Source of the DNA: Bugula neritina
Lineage: Eukaryota > Animalia > Bryozoa
Length of the DNA: 64,000 nucleotides
Assembly: GCA_964035545.1 (NCBI GenBank)
Contig: OZ037767.1
Location: 4,232,707-4,296,706 of the forward strand
Direction: 5' to 3'
Shown piece by piece: positions 1-11,789 of this stretch. Position 1 is the first letter of the stretch, and every line of letters starts with the position of its first letter. Position numbers and translations under genes: made by a program. The notes under the pieces are model-generated. The model saw nothing but the letters and a program-made list of their open reading frames with translations. It searched no databases and had not been told where the DNA came from.

Positions 1-493
1 ATGACATTGTGTAATTTGTAGTCATCGGTAATTCTATGCTGTGATTAGTCATTAGATAGAAATGTTCTAGTAGCTTCTATCTACTCAATACATTAATAGA
101 TTCTGTTGTAAAGTATATATGTTCATATACTGAGTATACATTACAGTAAAACTGTAGAACCAGATATGCTTTTTAATTACTAAAAATATCAAGTACTTGT
201 AAAGCATTTGTTTATAGTAGCAAAAAAGGAGCCATTTTTACTAGGATCTTAAAAAGTTTGGTAATTTGGTTTTACCTGTAAGTTACTCAACTGTGCTACT
301 AAAATACGATGTCGAAATCCTGCATATGTGCTAAGACTATCTTTTATTGACAGTTTATATTCACCAATCTCCAATATATCAATCTGTGTTTGTTAGCAGC
401 CAACTTTGTTGGGATTTATTCCGAGTGTAAGCATATCTCCATTACTTTATTTCTACTTGGCTGTACTTTCTATTCTAACGTGATAATTTGTAG

Positions 494-3400
494 TGATGAA
501 GATTTAGCTGCTCAACAATATAAGAAAGAGCCTCTACTCTCCCCTACCAGGTGCGCTATACTTGTAATATTCTAACTGCAGGCTGTTACAAACCTTGGTC
601 ATATTGTTGTGGTGTTGTATTGAATATATAACTAAGCGAAGTTACTGTAATAGTGTTTAGACTGTATTTGTGAACAATCTGGATATTATTTGCTGATATT
701 TGTGCCCAGGCATGCAACTCAGCTCAGCAATATCAGTAACTCCGTCATCTACGACTCGACTCTAACTCGAGAGAAAGCTGTAGATGTCATTGAAGAGGAA
801 CCAGCTACCTCTGAAGACAGTGAAGATGGTAACTAATCATTTATAGACTATCGTTCTATATATAGCCTTAGCTGTTGATATTGTAGAAGAATTATGTAGG
901 ATGTATAGTGGTGTGAGTAAATAGTACTCATGGCTCTAAGGCTTCTGGTCATGTGTCATCTGTCAGATGGCTCTGTTCAAAGAGTGATGCCGGTTATGCA
1001 GTGTAATTGCTGTGTGAAGGATTTATCTTTAGAGAACTTTGCAAGGTTTTATAAGACTCAGCAAACTAAGGTCATAATTTGTTTCTTTTGTTTTGCTGGT
1101 TTGAGAAAAGATAACTCCTATTTATGTACATTTCTAAGATGATTTATCTTAATATCTATCAGCTATGACCAAAAACTTATAAGTATTAATATATTATTTT
1201 TCAAGTTTACAGTAACTCAGATAACAATTCTTGTGCAGTTGCAGCATTATTTCTTACACTCAGCTTTAAGGTAGCAAATATGATATGGTATAGTGTGGTT
1301 TCTTGGTCTATGCTCTATTCTATCCAGTGACAGTCAAGTTTGTCATATAATCTACCTTGTAGATAGCGGTGATGGTATTGCTAACACAAGCATTACAAGG
1401 GAAGCAACTCCAGATTTATTAGATAATCAGTATGACAGTGAATACGCGACGATGAAGTTTAAGAAGGACCCGGTTCCACTTTCGGAAAGGCCGAGAGCCA
1501 TGACGGCGTCTTTATATGCCGGCAGCCGTCAAACGCCGCTGCTAGATCAGTTACATAAGAATGACCTGCTGCACAGGTCAATGACAGCATTGCAGGAGTA
1601 CAGAGACTCCCTGGAGCAGCAGCAGCTCCCAGGCTCTCAGTCTAACGCTGCCGACGTCGTCTCTAATGTTAGTTTCTTTATGAGTAGTTTATGTTAATAG
1701 TAAATGCTGATTTGTCAGAAGTTTATATTATCATAATGTAATAAAGCTCACGCTAGTTTATAGGTACACTCCCTGTAAACAAACCCTGATGGCAAGAGTT
1801 TTTAAAAGTAGGACTCATTCATATGTGGCACAGAAGTAATTATGACTGGATGCTTTTTTCAACATCACCAATGGCGTTTACTGGGGATCGAACCCATGAC
1901 TTTGTGTTTACTAAGCCAACACTCTAACCCCTAGACCACGGCTGCTTTCTGTATAATGCAGCTGCTTTATCTTTTCAAGTGTATTTGAACTATTTATTAC
2001 CATGTTTTTTGGTAGATTTACAATAGCTATAATTTTGTAGCCACCGAAGCAAGTCCTAATGCAGCAGTACCCAGGCAGCGTTGACCATCTCAACACGTAT
2101 AACGCGTCACATAATATGGCGGCAGCGAATGCGCTGTCCAGGAGTATGCATGGCCTTGAACTGTCGGCTAAGGAATCGGGGTTGCCTACTTACCGTCCCT
2201 CTCCCGACTATGATATGGTGATGAAACAGCGGGCTATGCAGTCTCAAGCCATTATGTCGGAGGCATACAATCACCAGCAGACTGTGAGAGAGCTTCAGAA
2301 TGGTGCTGCACCTCCAAACAGGTTAATATGTGTTAGAGATACGTCTGTGTGCATAGTTTTGGGAGTTGTGCTCTCCCATTCGAATGTATTAGGAGTTATG
2401 CTCTTTTCTTTAAATAAGGCAGTAAGAACTTTAGTATATGTTAATGGAAAACATAAATAATAAAGTGTATTTCGCCCACTCTACTAAGCTTTTGTTTAAA
2501 CTATATAAAACATTACATACATCCTTTACAATTTCACAATCTCAGTCTGTAATTATGTATTCACAAGTGGTAAAAGGTTTATTCTGCGGAACTCTTTAGC
2601 ATAGATCGTTTGTGATGTAATTTTCTGTTATAAAAGAGTTAGCAGGAGTTATTATACTTGAGATCAAGTTTACTGTTTTGATGAAGACAAACCCGTATGA
2701 CAATATTGAGTTTTACGTAACACCATTAAACTGCTCTTTCGTCTACCATTAAATATTCTAGTTTTGCTTTAAACCTGGCAATATGTTCCCTGATTTATTT
2801 CAGACTAAAACAACTTGTATGTTTCAGGGGGCTGTTTACTCAGTACATTGTACCCGCTGCCAGTCAGCCTGACTTTCCTTCCTCAGAGATTAAAGAGCCG
2901 GTGTACGTCAACCTCACTCAGCAGCCATATCATAACCACTTGGTGAGTAGACTCTAGTTTAACCATTAGTCAAGTCTTTCCTTACTCAAGTTATGTTATT
3001 CTTATTTCAACTCATTTTTCTCAAGTCATATTCTTAACTCAAGTCATTCTTATCTCAAGCCAAGTCATTCCTAACTCAAGTCAAGACATTTCTAAATCAT
3101 ATCATTGTTGAGCTATTCTGAGCTCAGGGCAAATTATTTCTAACTCAAATCAACTTACTGATAAATCAAGTCATATAAGCACAAGTCAAACACATGTATA
3201 ACTTACTTCAAGTCACTTATCCTTCAACTTAATTGAGCCATTTTGTCTGCCTTGCGTTATATTGGTTTAAATGTTGTAAGTTTTTGTTGTAAATCATTTT
3301 GTTCGGGATTGCTCTTTAAATTCTTCACGCCATCCCATTGTGTCTGGTGGCAGTAGAAGACAATCTAGTTTCATATTATATCATTATATTATATTAGTAT

Positions 3401-6400
3401 TATATTATATCAATATATTATATTCGTATTATATTATATTAGTGTTATATTATATTAGTATTATATTATATTAGTATTATATTATATTAGTATTACATTA
3501 TATTAGTATTATATTACATTAGTATTACATTGTATTAGTATTATATTATATTAATATTATATTATATTAGTTTTATAATGTTGTTTGATATTTGAATATT
3601 TGTGCAGTTGATAATCTTTCATAGTCCAGGGTATGTCTTTCTATGCGCTGCACATGCAGTGTTCTTATTGGAGCATTTAGTTGCTATTTGATACGTGAAT
3701 ATTTTAGCATATCATATACTTCATCCATTAATGCATTGCATTTTTCTCTCGAGTGACTTAAATATATTCTAATAATGCGTATATTGAATCTTGGTAATAC
3801 AACAATAGGCCTTTGTGCTTGCTCTGCATACAATGCTAGAGTGTGTACACACAGGTTATATATTCTATCACATATCTCATACATAGTCTCTATCTGTTTA
3901 ACCCTCAACAAGTTGCAGTCAGTCTACTAGAATTTATATCTTATCGCATTCACTTAGCAACACAATCAAGGTGTGTGTACTCTACTCCTTCTGCTAACAA
4001 TATTCTTATCTGCATACATCAACACCACTACTTCATATCTACATTATATCCAATGTCATTCACTCACAAAGTTGCTAGTTGTGATCATTTGATGTACTGA
4101 TACCTTCCATTAGACTTTGTAAGTTTACAGCTGGTAAGTACACATGCACTAAGTGTCATGTGAACTTCTTTGGTTTGTCTAGTCACAGAAATATTCTGTG
4201 ATTTTGTAATTAGCATTGAGTTTAGTAGTTGTTGACAGATTGTAGCAGTGTAACAGATATACCTGACTTATTCTTTTCTATACTATAGGTTACTATACTA
4301 TTATATACTATTCTATACTACTCTATTCTATACTATACTATACTGTTCTATTCTATACTGTAGGCTACTATACTATTCTATACTATACTATACTATTATA
4401 TAAGATATGTACTATTCTACACTAGACTGTTTCATTGTATTCTATTCTATACTACTTTATATTAATCTATTTTATACTAATCTATATTAAACTATACTAT
4501 TCTGTATTATACTATACTATACTATAATTTTTCACTATTGTATTGTGATGAACATGTTTTCTGTGACATTTTCTAGCCCGAGGGCGAGTCCAAAGCTTCT
4601 GCTATAGACCGAAATCAGCAACCTACTCCTTACCAGAATCATTCGGGTGTCTCTGGAATCCCCCCTCCTGGCATTGAGTTACTCGGCAAGCCTGCATACT
4701 ACTCTAATGGTAGAGTTGAGCCGTGCCGTTATTCTCCCCCTGATCTCATTCACCAGCCACAAGCTTCTGGTTCGTTACTACAATTCTATCCTCTACATAA
4801 TATATTCTCTGTAATATATCCTCTACATAATATATTCTCTGTAATATATCCTCTATATAATATATCCTCTATATAATATATCCTCTATATAATATATCCT
4901 CTATATAATATATCCTCTATATAATATATCCTCTATATAATATATCCTCTATATAATATATCCTCTATATAATATATCCTCTGTATAATATATCCTCTGT
5001 ATAATATATCCTCTGTATAATATATCCTCTGTATAATATATCCTCTGTATAATATATCCTCTGTATAATATATCCTCTATATAATATATCCTCTATATAA
5101 TATATCCTCTATATAATATATCCTCTATATAATATATCCTCTGTATAATATATCCTCTGTATAATATATCCTCTGTATAATATATTCTCTGTATAATATA
5201 TCCTCTATATAATATATCCTCTATATAATATATCCTCTATATAATATATTCTCTATATAATATATTCTCTGTATAATATATCTTCTACATAATATATCCT
5301 CTATATAATATATCCTCTGTATAATATATCTTCTATATAATATATCCTCTGTATAATATATCTTCTATATAATATATCTTCTATACAATGTGTCCTCTAG
5401 GTTACCCTGCACCTGACATCACTAGTCACGGCAGCGAGGCTGTACCCTACGTCAGCCACCGCGGGAGTCCCGATGTGATATCTGGCAGTTATCTGAAAGA
5501 ACCGGGCGTACACCTGGGTCAAGGACCTTACAGAAGTGCAGATAACTTTGATCCGAGGTCGTTTGGAGAGGGCAGGTCATCAGTGAAGAGTCAGCAGAGT
5601 GCCAGGTCTAGCGGCAGCAGGTAGGTTCTAGAACATCTGATCAAATGAGTAGATGTATGTTTATACCTGACTACATTATAGCCTATACTGAGATAAGTTA
5701 CTAAATATAACTGATAGTCACAGGTGAGGCAACTGATTTACTGATTAACTTATTTACAAACATGGCTTTCTTTCTAGAGCTGAGTTCATACATGTTTTAG
5801 AGTGAGTGTTTCACCAAAGATTATCCGACTCGGGAGCAATATGTCAGCGAATGCTGCCTTGGCAGCACTTCCTGTTCCCAAGCTACCTCTAGATGAGCGA
5901 GTAAGTACAAGACGTCTTGTAGTAGGAGGTCCATCATGTCCTGATATTACAGGATGTATAATTTGTAGTATAAACATATGATATACAATATTATAACACG
6001 AACATATGATATACAGTAATATAGTACAAACATATAATATGCAGTAATATAATACGAACATATAATATGCAGTAATATAGTACAAACATATAATATGCAG
6101 TAATATAATACAAACATATGATATACAATAATGTAATATAAACATATAATATGCAGTAATGTAATATAAACATATAATATGCAGTAATGTAATATAAACA
6201 TGTATTGTTGCTCATACACAAGTAGGAATCCGTCATCAAGTGAGATATTGCTAATAATAATATGTTCTGATGAGAAATGTGTGGAGTTGTAACTGTAACT
6301 TACAACTATATACTGTAACCTCTAACTAGATACTGCAACTTATAACTATACACTGTAACGTATAACTATATACTGTGACTTATAACTATATACTGTAACT

Positions 6401-9206
6401 TATAACTATATACTGTCAGCTCTTAGTAATACGTGATATTTGAAGAATTATTTCCATATTTTGGTTGTGTTTAGCTAAATGGCGTTACAGATTACACTGG
6501 AGATATTATAGTTTTGTGTTTTAGCTCTAGTAGCTGAAAAGTATTGTCAACTCAAACGAAAATGAGTGATATGGCTTCTAGTAAATTACTAATGTTGATG
6601 ACCATTATATTATGAAGAGTTGGCTAGGTTTACCCATAATCACACACTACTATACTTTCTGACTATCACAGATCACAATTCTCGAAGATAAGCTGAATAG
6701 TGATGACATAGTAGCAGAGTATGAGTCAGTGTTGAAGAAGAAGCACCCCGCTGACTGCAGAGTGGCGTTACGTCCTGAGAATGGTGCCAGGAACAGGTTT
6801 CCCAATGTGCTGCCGTATGAAGACACAAGAGTACGACTCATCGCATCTCCCACCAACCCGACCGGATACATCAACGCTAGTCACGTCGAGGTATGCAAAC
6901 ATATCATTTGTCATTTGACCTAATTAGCCTGCTCATCCGGTAAATTCTCTTTAGTTTTAGTGTATAATTATTTTACATGTTTTGGTTGGGTGCTGCCATA
7001 GAATACTGCGACTGTGTAACGAAGAGAACTTGAAGTTAGCACTTGTAGTTTTGCTTGTTGAGTCAGGAAACATTCTTATACATTCAACTGTCGATAACTA
7101 CCTGTCTTGGAAGCATAATTTTATATTTTAATAAACGTATTTGGTGAAAATTGTGGGTTCGATCCCCATTAAATACCATTAGTGATGTTAGGTAGAGCAT
7201 ACAGTCATAATTGCTTCTGTCACAAATGAATAAGTCCTACTTTTAAAAGCCCTTTCCAACAGGGTTTCTCACAGGGATAGTAACTCTAGACTTGTGTGGG
7301 TTTTATTTGTTGGAAAGTGTGACTAAGCATCCTTCAAGTTGGCAGTCATCAACAAGTCTGTGGTGGTTGGACAACTCCTAAGTTCACCTTTTGTTCCGTA
7401 GATGGATGTAGGCAGGGAGAAGCTCACATATATAGCCACACAAAATCCTTTACCCGACACCATACAAGACTTCTGGCAGATGATATGGGCGTACAATGTT
7501 ACAATTGTCACCATGGTTACAGAGCTGGAGGAAATGGGTACGCAGAAGTGTCCCCTTTACTGGCCATCTAATATCGGACCGAATCATGCCGTTTCTGTCA
7601 ATGATGTGAGTTGATTGAGCTAAGAGAGGCTCCTCACCAATTTGCAATCTAAGATATAATCAGCCTTAGAAGTAGAAGCATAACAAGTTCTTCTTCTAAA
7701 ATGCTCTGATAAATATGTTGTGACTTTTCGACATCTACTCTATTTCATTTCATTACTGCTACTTTAGTCTTGTTATCTACCAGAAAGCACACCATGACTA
7801 AGTATGTTTATACAGCCTCTATTGGAAGACATTAGCAATGTAATTGACTTATTATATGATGTCAATTTGTGATGTTATTTTTTGTCTTTAGTTAAAGATT
7901 GTTCTCAAGCACTCTGCACCAGCACAGAATTACACAATCAGCTGTTTAAGAGTGGGGAAGAGCAGCACCAAGGAAAAGAGAACTATATGGCATATAAAAT
8001 ACACAGCTTGGCACCAGAATGGCTGCCCAGAGGATGTTCATGGCTTTCTCGGTAAGCATTAATTATTTTATAATAGTACTACTGCTACGGTTACTGTTTC
8101 TACTGCTGCTACCACTACTGTTTCTACTGCTACTACTGCTACTACAATTACAACAACTACTACTACAATTACAACAACTACTACTACAATTACAACAACT
8201 GCTACTACAATTACTACAACTACTACTACAATTACAACAACTACTACTACAATTACAACAACTACTACTACAATTACAACAACTACCACCACTAGTACTA
8301 CTACTACTGCTACTACCACTACTACGCTACTATTGCTACTGTTACTGCTGCTATTTGGTTAATGTTTGTCACCTAGTTTTACAATGATATTTAAAAGTAA
8401 GGTAACAACCAGTAGCAACTGCTGAGTTTTTCTTTTCAATTGAAATGCACACTTTTTAGTACAAAACCAAGATTGTGCCAATTCATATGCTGTGGGTTTG
8501 CTACTTTTCAGCTTTGCTGGATGAGCTGAACTCTGTGAGACTACACATACAGACAAAAAATGATATTCTAAGTCCTCGTATGTTAGTGCATTGTTCTACT
8601 GGCGTAGGGCGGTCTGGCGTTCTTATACTTACAGATGTAATGAAAAAATTCTTGGAGAACAAAGCGGTAATACATTCTTTACACTATTATCGTACTAGAA
8701 ATGATTAGATTTAGTTGTACCCTGGCAATAATAGTAGTCATATATGTTGAAATACGTAATATAGTAAATAAGAATTTTTCCAGGGCATTCGTTGAACGAA
8801 GTGTTGAGAGATTTTAATAATGAATGTGTTTTGTAAAAGTGATTTTCATCATTTTGTTTTTCCCAAGAAAATTCATCTATTTACATCTTGCAGTCCATTT
8901 TAACATAATATCATTTTGATCCTTTGAAGTGTGCCATCACTTCGTTCAGCTACAAATATATAGTCTTAATGACTTGCTGGCTTGGCTATTAACTTGTAAA
9001 ATTGTGATTTGACATCCAAATATTACATTATATTGATTTTCTGCTCAAGTTAATTTTTTTGAATAATATGTTTATAGGAAATCTCAGTAGCCAGCACGCT
9101 GAAGGAGCTACGGCAGCAGCGAATGTACATGGTGCAAACATTACCTCAGTACAAGTTTGTTCACGAAGTACTGGTTCGCTACTTAAAAGGCGCACGACTT
9201 ATATGA
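494..9206 (+). CDS. PTPN14/21: PTPN14/PTPN21 (Pez)-family non-receptor protein tyrosine phosphatase, 5'-partial (FERM domain expected upstream of the window)
   Basis: Phase-consistent GT-AG exons: 494-550, 710-828, 1363-1667, 2041-2321, 2828-2942, 4577-4769, 5401-5620, 5801-5900, 6672-6890, 7402-7605, 7892-8051, 8512-8666, 9078-9206 (TGA). Linker motifs LPTYRPSPDY and SQPD resemble PTPN14/21 (PSYRPTPDY, YSQPE). The PTP domain has RNRFPNVLPYEDTRV, GYINASH, DFWQMIW, HCSTGVGRSG and RQQRMYMVQT. The C-terminus ARLI* compares with SRLI in vertebrate PTPN14/21. Confidence 0.9.
1750..1942 (-). mobile_element. tRNA-derived SINE, copy 1
   Basis: The minus strand reads GCCGTGGTCTAGGGGTTAGAG (A-box-like) then GGGTTCGATCCCC (B box), followed by a non-tRNA body that aligns by eye with 7150-7300 (cagtcataatt.cttctgt, gaat.agtcctacttttaaaa, cagggttt). 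Confidence 0.75.
2965..3235. repeat. Degenerate short tandem repeat built on CTCAAGTCA
   Basis: Recurrent aactcaagtca / tcaagtcatt units just downstream of the 2942 donor. Confidence 0.6.
3372..3572. repeat. AT-rich (ATATT)n / ATTATATTATATTAGT tandem repeat
   Basis: Seen directly in the sequence. Confidence 0.85.
4278..4530. repeat. (TATAC/TATTC)n pentanucleotide repeat
   Basis: Seen directly in the sequence. Confidence 0.85.
4787..5387. repeat. 16-bp minisatellite (RTATAATATATCCTCT)n, about 37 copies
   Basis: Near-perfect 16-bp period that fills almost all of intron 4770-5400. Confidence 0.95.
5965..6200. repeat. 28-bp minisatellite (AAACATATAATATGCAGTAATATAGTAC-like), about 8 copies
   Basis: 28-bp period. 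It explains the Tyr/Cys/Ile-rich minus-strand ORFs. Confidence 0.9.
6290..6416. repeat. 20-bp minisatellite (AACTTATAACTATATACTGT), about 6 copies
   Basis: Seen directly in the sequence. Confidence 0.85.
7150..7300 (+). mobile_element. tRNA-derived SINE, copy 2 (5'-truncated, inverted relative to copy 1)
   Basis: B box GGTTCGATCC at 7156-7165, followed by the same body as the 1750-1942 copy. No A box is visible. Confidence 0.7.
8075..8352. repeat. CTA/CAA/CTG trinucleotide array with a 21-bp higher-order unit (CTACTACTACAATTACAACAA)
   Basis: Intronic (8052-8511). It produces the spurious poly-Leu/Gln and poly-Val ORFs. Confidence 0.9.
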
Positions 9207-10276
9207 ATACTTACTAGTGGTTTTAATACTTAAACAGTGCCTCCCAAAAGCTACAATGGACAACTAATGGACGAAAATGTGTCCAATATTGGCACTGACG
9301 CTCATTCAACAGGACTTAACTCATCTCTCATTCTATATTCTAAACATATGAAAGCCTTAATTGTACATCTTGTTTTCTAATAATACTGCCAACTTTAAGT
9401 ACTTTATATTTATCATTTTTTTATACCATAAATATATTTATTTTTCTTATTTTTTATGAGTTATATTTTTCATTCTCTATAAGTCTATACAGCCAATTCC
9501 ATGTTAGAGAATTTTTGGGACAATCTGATTGTCTGTCATCTATGTTAAATTTGGGTGCTTCTAATGTAGCTATATGTATTCTATATTCTATGACTTTCAT
9601 AATAAAAAGTAGACTAGCTTGTAAAACTGATACTCTCTGCAAAACAGAACATCAATGAGATTATTCAATATAAAACACAGATCTAATGGACAAAGATAGA
9701 TTGTATTACAGTATCTTTACAGTATAAATCTTCTCAACACAAAATTTTATCATTTTGCCAATATTTATAAAATACATCATAAATTTATAACATCTACATA
9801 TTGATGAGTTCACCTGAACGAACATTTGATGAATGTTCCATCTACACAAATTTGGAAGTGTTATCTGAAACGGCTCATTTTTCATTTCTTTGAAACAACT
9901 AGCAGCTCACAGTTATTGAATGTTATTCAATAAGCAGTACTTAAGAGACATACTGCTAGGAAGGTTTATTCTTCTTAGCTAAGATTCGTTGCTATTCAGA
10001 GAGCTTTCGGTACTGCCCTTTTCAATTTCAGCAGAATCTACATCACACAACAATACAACTTTTCAGACAATCTCAGTAACAATAAAGTATAAATTTATAA
10101 TCAGTTTAATTTCTAAAAACATAATTAGCTGTAATAAAAAAGACATTCTTTTTGTTCATTGTGAAACAGGCAAAATTTGAAGCAACATAAATGACACCCA
10201 GCAACACTAGGATTTTTACTGCAATGGTAATAAATCTGTGCTAATTCATGTTTGAATTATGGTTTGTGACAAATTT

Positions 10277-10492
10277 CTAATTACCTTTTTTTGTATCAAG
10301 CCAATTCTTAAGTTGCCTGTATTCGGCTCCAAATAACCAGGAGGAAAAATCTCTAATAGGCTTTTGATAAAATATCAAGACTCCAGCCAACACATAGATT
10401 TTAACTCGCCTAGCTCTTGCTCTAGGTGCCTCAGGAAAAACCTTCATCCAATCTTTCCATTTTCTAGAATTCATTTTTAAACTTGTTTGCAT
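10277..10492 (-). CDS. Putative small membrane protein (71 aa, or 65 aa from Met at 10474); unrecognised
   Basis: Single coding exon with protein-like composition: basic N-terminus, hydrophobic IYVLAGVLIFY, amphipathic C-terminus. A good acceptor lies upstream (minus strand ttaaatttttag|, exon edge 10532), a strong donor (CG|GTAAGA) at 11209/11208, AAAATG context at the second Met, and minus-strand AATAAA at 9965-9970. Confidence 0.55.
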   Translation of the reverse strand: MQTSLKMNSRKWKDWMKVFPEAPRARARRVKIYVLAGVLIFYQKPIRDFSSWLFGAEYRQLKNWLDTKKGN

Positions 10493-11208
10493 CCACTTTC
10501 AATCTATGTAGTAAAACAGCCAACATCTGGGCCTAAAAATTTAACATAATGATTATAAGTTATACATTTCAAATAATAATGGTTAAAATGATTTTTATTC
10601 CCTATTTTTGTTGATGGTCTACATGACTTGACTAATAATGACCAATGCTATATAATTACACGGTCAATAATGATAAATATTACTTTTTTAGTTTTACTTT
10701 TTATGTTTATTACAATTAAAATAAATTTCATTATAGGAATTAATCCCTACAGACCTCTATAATACCTAAGAGTAAGCCTTTATATCCTTATACTTATAGT
10801 TATAGTGATATATTTTCAATTTGAATTTTATGTAGTTGTTCATCATAATCTATTTTATTTCGATTCTCACACAAATTAAGTTAAAAAAAACATAAAAATA
10901 TGAACATGAGTATGAGATTCAAAAACTATACTATAACTGACATTTATGGTTAGAGCAATACCCCAACTTAGCGTTACTGTTACTGTTAGTGTCATAACTT
11001 ATAGTTAATAAGTTATACTTGAGTAAACTTATACTTAAAGATTATTTATAGTTGATCATTATTTCTATTGTATTTCAATTTGACAATAATTAATTTAATT
11101 TTATTAAATAATTTGCGCCTATAAATGTTAACAGAGTGTTCTAATTCTTACGAGGTGAGTTAATAGTAATAGTAAATAGTGTGTAACCTCCATCTAAATA
11201 ACTCTTAC

Positions 11209-11280
11209 CGTGAATATAAACAAGTGCTTCAAAAAGAAGAACTATAACCTTGACATAGTAGCGATATAAAAGTGCGAGGT
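11209..11280 (-). promoter_or_regulatory. Candidate non-coding first exon / promoter of the small-protein gene
   Basis: The minus-strand donor CACG|GTAAGAG matches the acceptor at 10533-10534. The region has local CpGs and flanking TA-N tracts. The 5' boundary is approximate. Confidence 0.4.
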
Positions 11281-11789
11281 TTGATTAAGAGATTATATTA
11301 TTATACTAATTTCTACTAAATCTCTTTCTGTTGAAATTTAAGTGTAGCTCAAGGGCTATACAACAGTTTCAGACTTCATTTTCCTATTTATGTTTTAGGG
11401 AGGATAACTCTTTCTTTTCACAATTCACTTTTCCAATAAGGCATTTTATTTACAGTGTACACAAAAATAGTATTATTATTCACACCTTTCTGGTTGTAAT
11501 CACAATCTCCATGCTCCATCCATAGAAACAATTTAAATTTTCTATTGACCTCAACTATCAATTGACATTATAGTATCATCTTAAAAGTTTATGGCTTTTA
11601 GTCTTGAGACGTGTCACAACTTGCAAGAGGCAGAGTAAAATATGTCATTTTATGGTAGAAAGCTATTGTATGAGTTTTAATCACCTTAGCACAAATGCCT
11701 AAAGCCGAAAACTTTAATTAAAATTTCTTAGAGTTACCAAAAAAGGAGAGAAAGGTTAAGTAACTGGAAAGAAGAATGTAGGCATAGGG

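Larger units (their letters stand above)
6672..9206 (+). other. PTP catalytic domain exons of the PTPN14/21-like gene
   Basis: Five exons encode pTyr loop RNRF, YIATQNP, WPD-equivalent loop WHQNGCP (8009-8029), P-loop HCSTGVGR (8589-8612) and Q-loop MVQTLPQY. Confidence 0.92.

Noticed and set aside
1880-1942. tRNA-like A and B boxes as a tRNA gene
   Set aside because: No convincing acceptor stem or cloverleaf, and the sequence continues into a body shared with 7150-7300, so it is better explained as a SINE head.
3684-4140. Possible extra PTP exon in intron 2943-4576
   Set aside because: No acceptor/donor pair gave a phase 0-0 open exon, and the flanking exons already join in frame.
5786-6239. 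Three overlapping minus-strand Tyr/Cys/Ile-rich ORFs
   Set aside because: Translation artefacts of the 28-bp minisatellite.
8019-8387. Poly-Leu/Gln (+) and poly-Val (-) ORFs
   Set aside because: Products of an intronic trinucleotide array.
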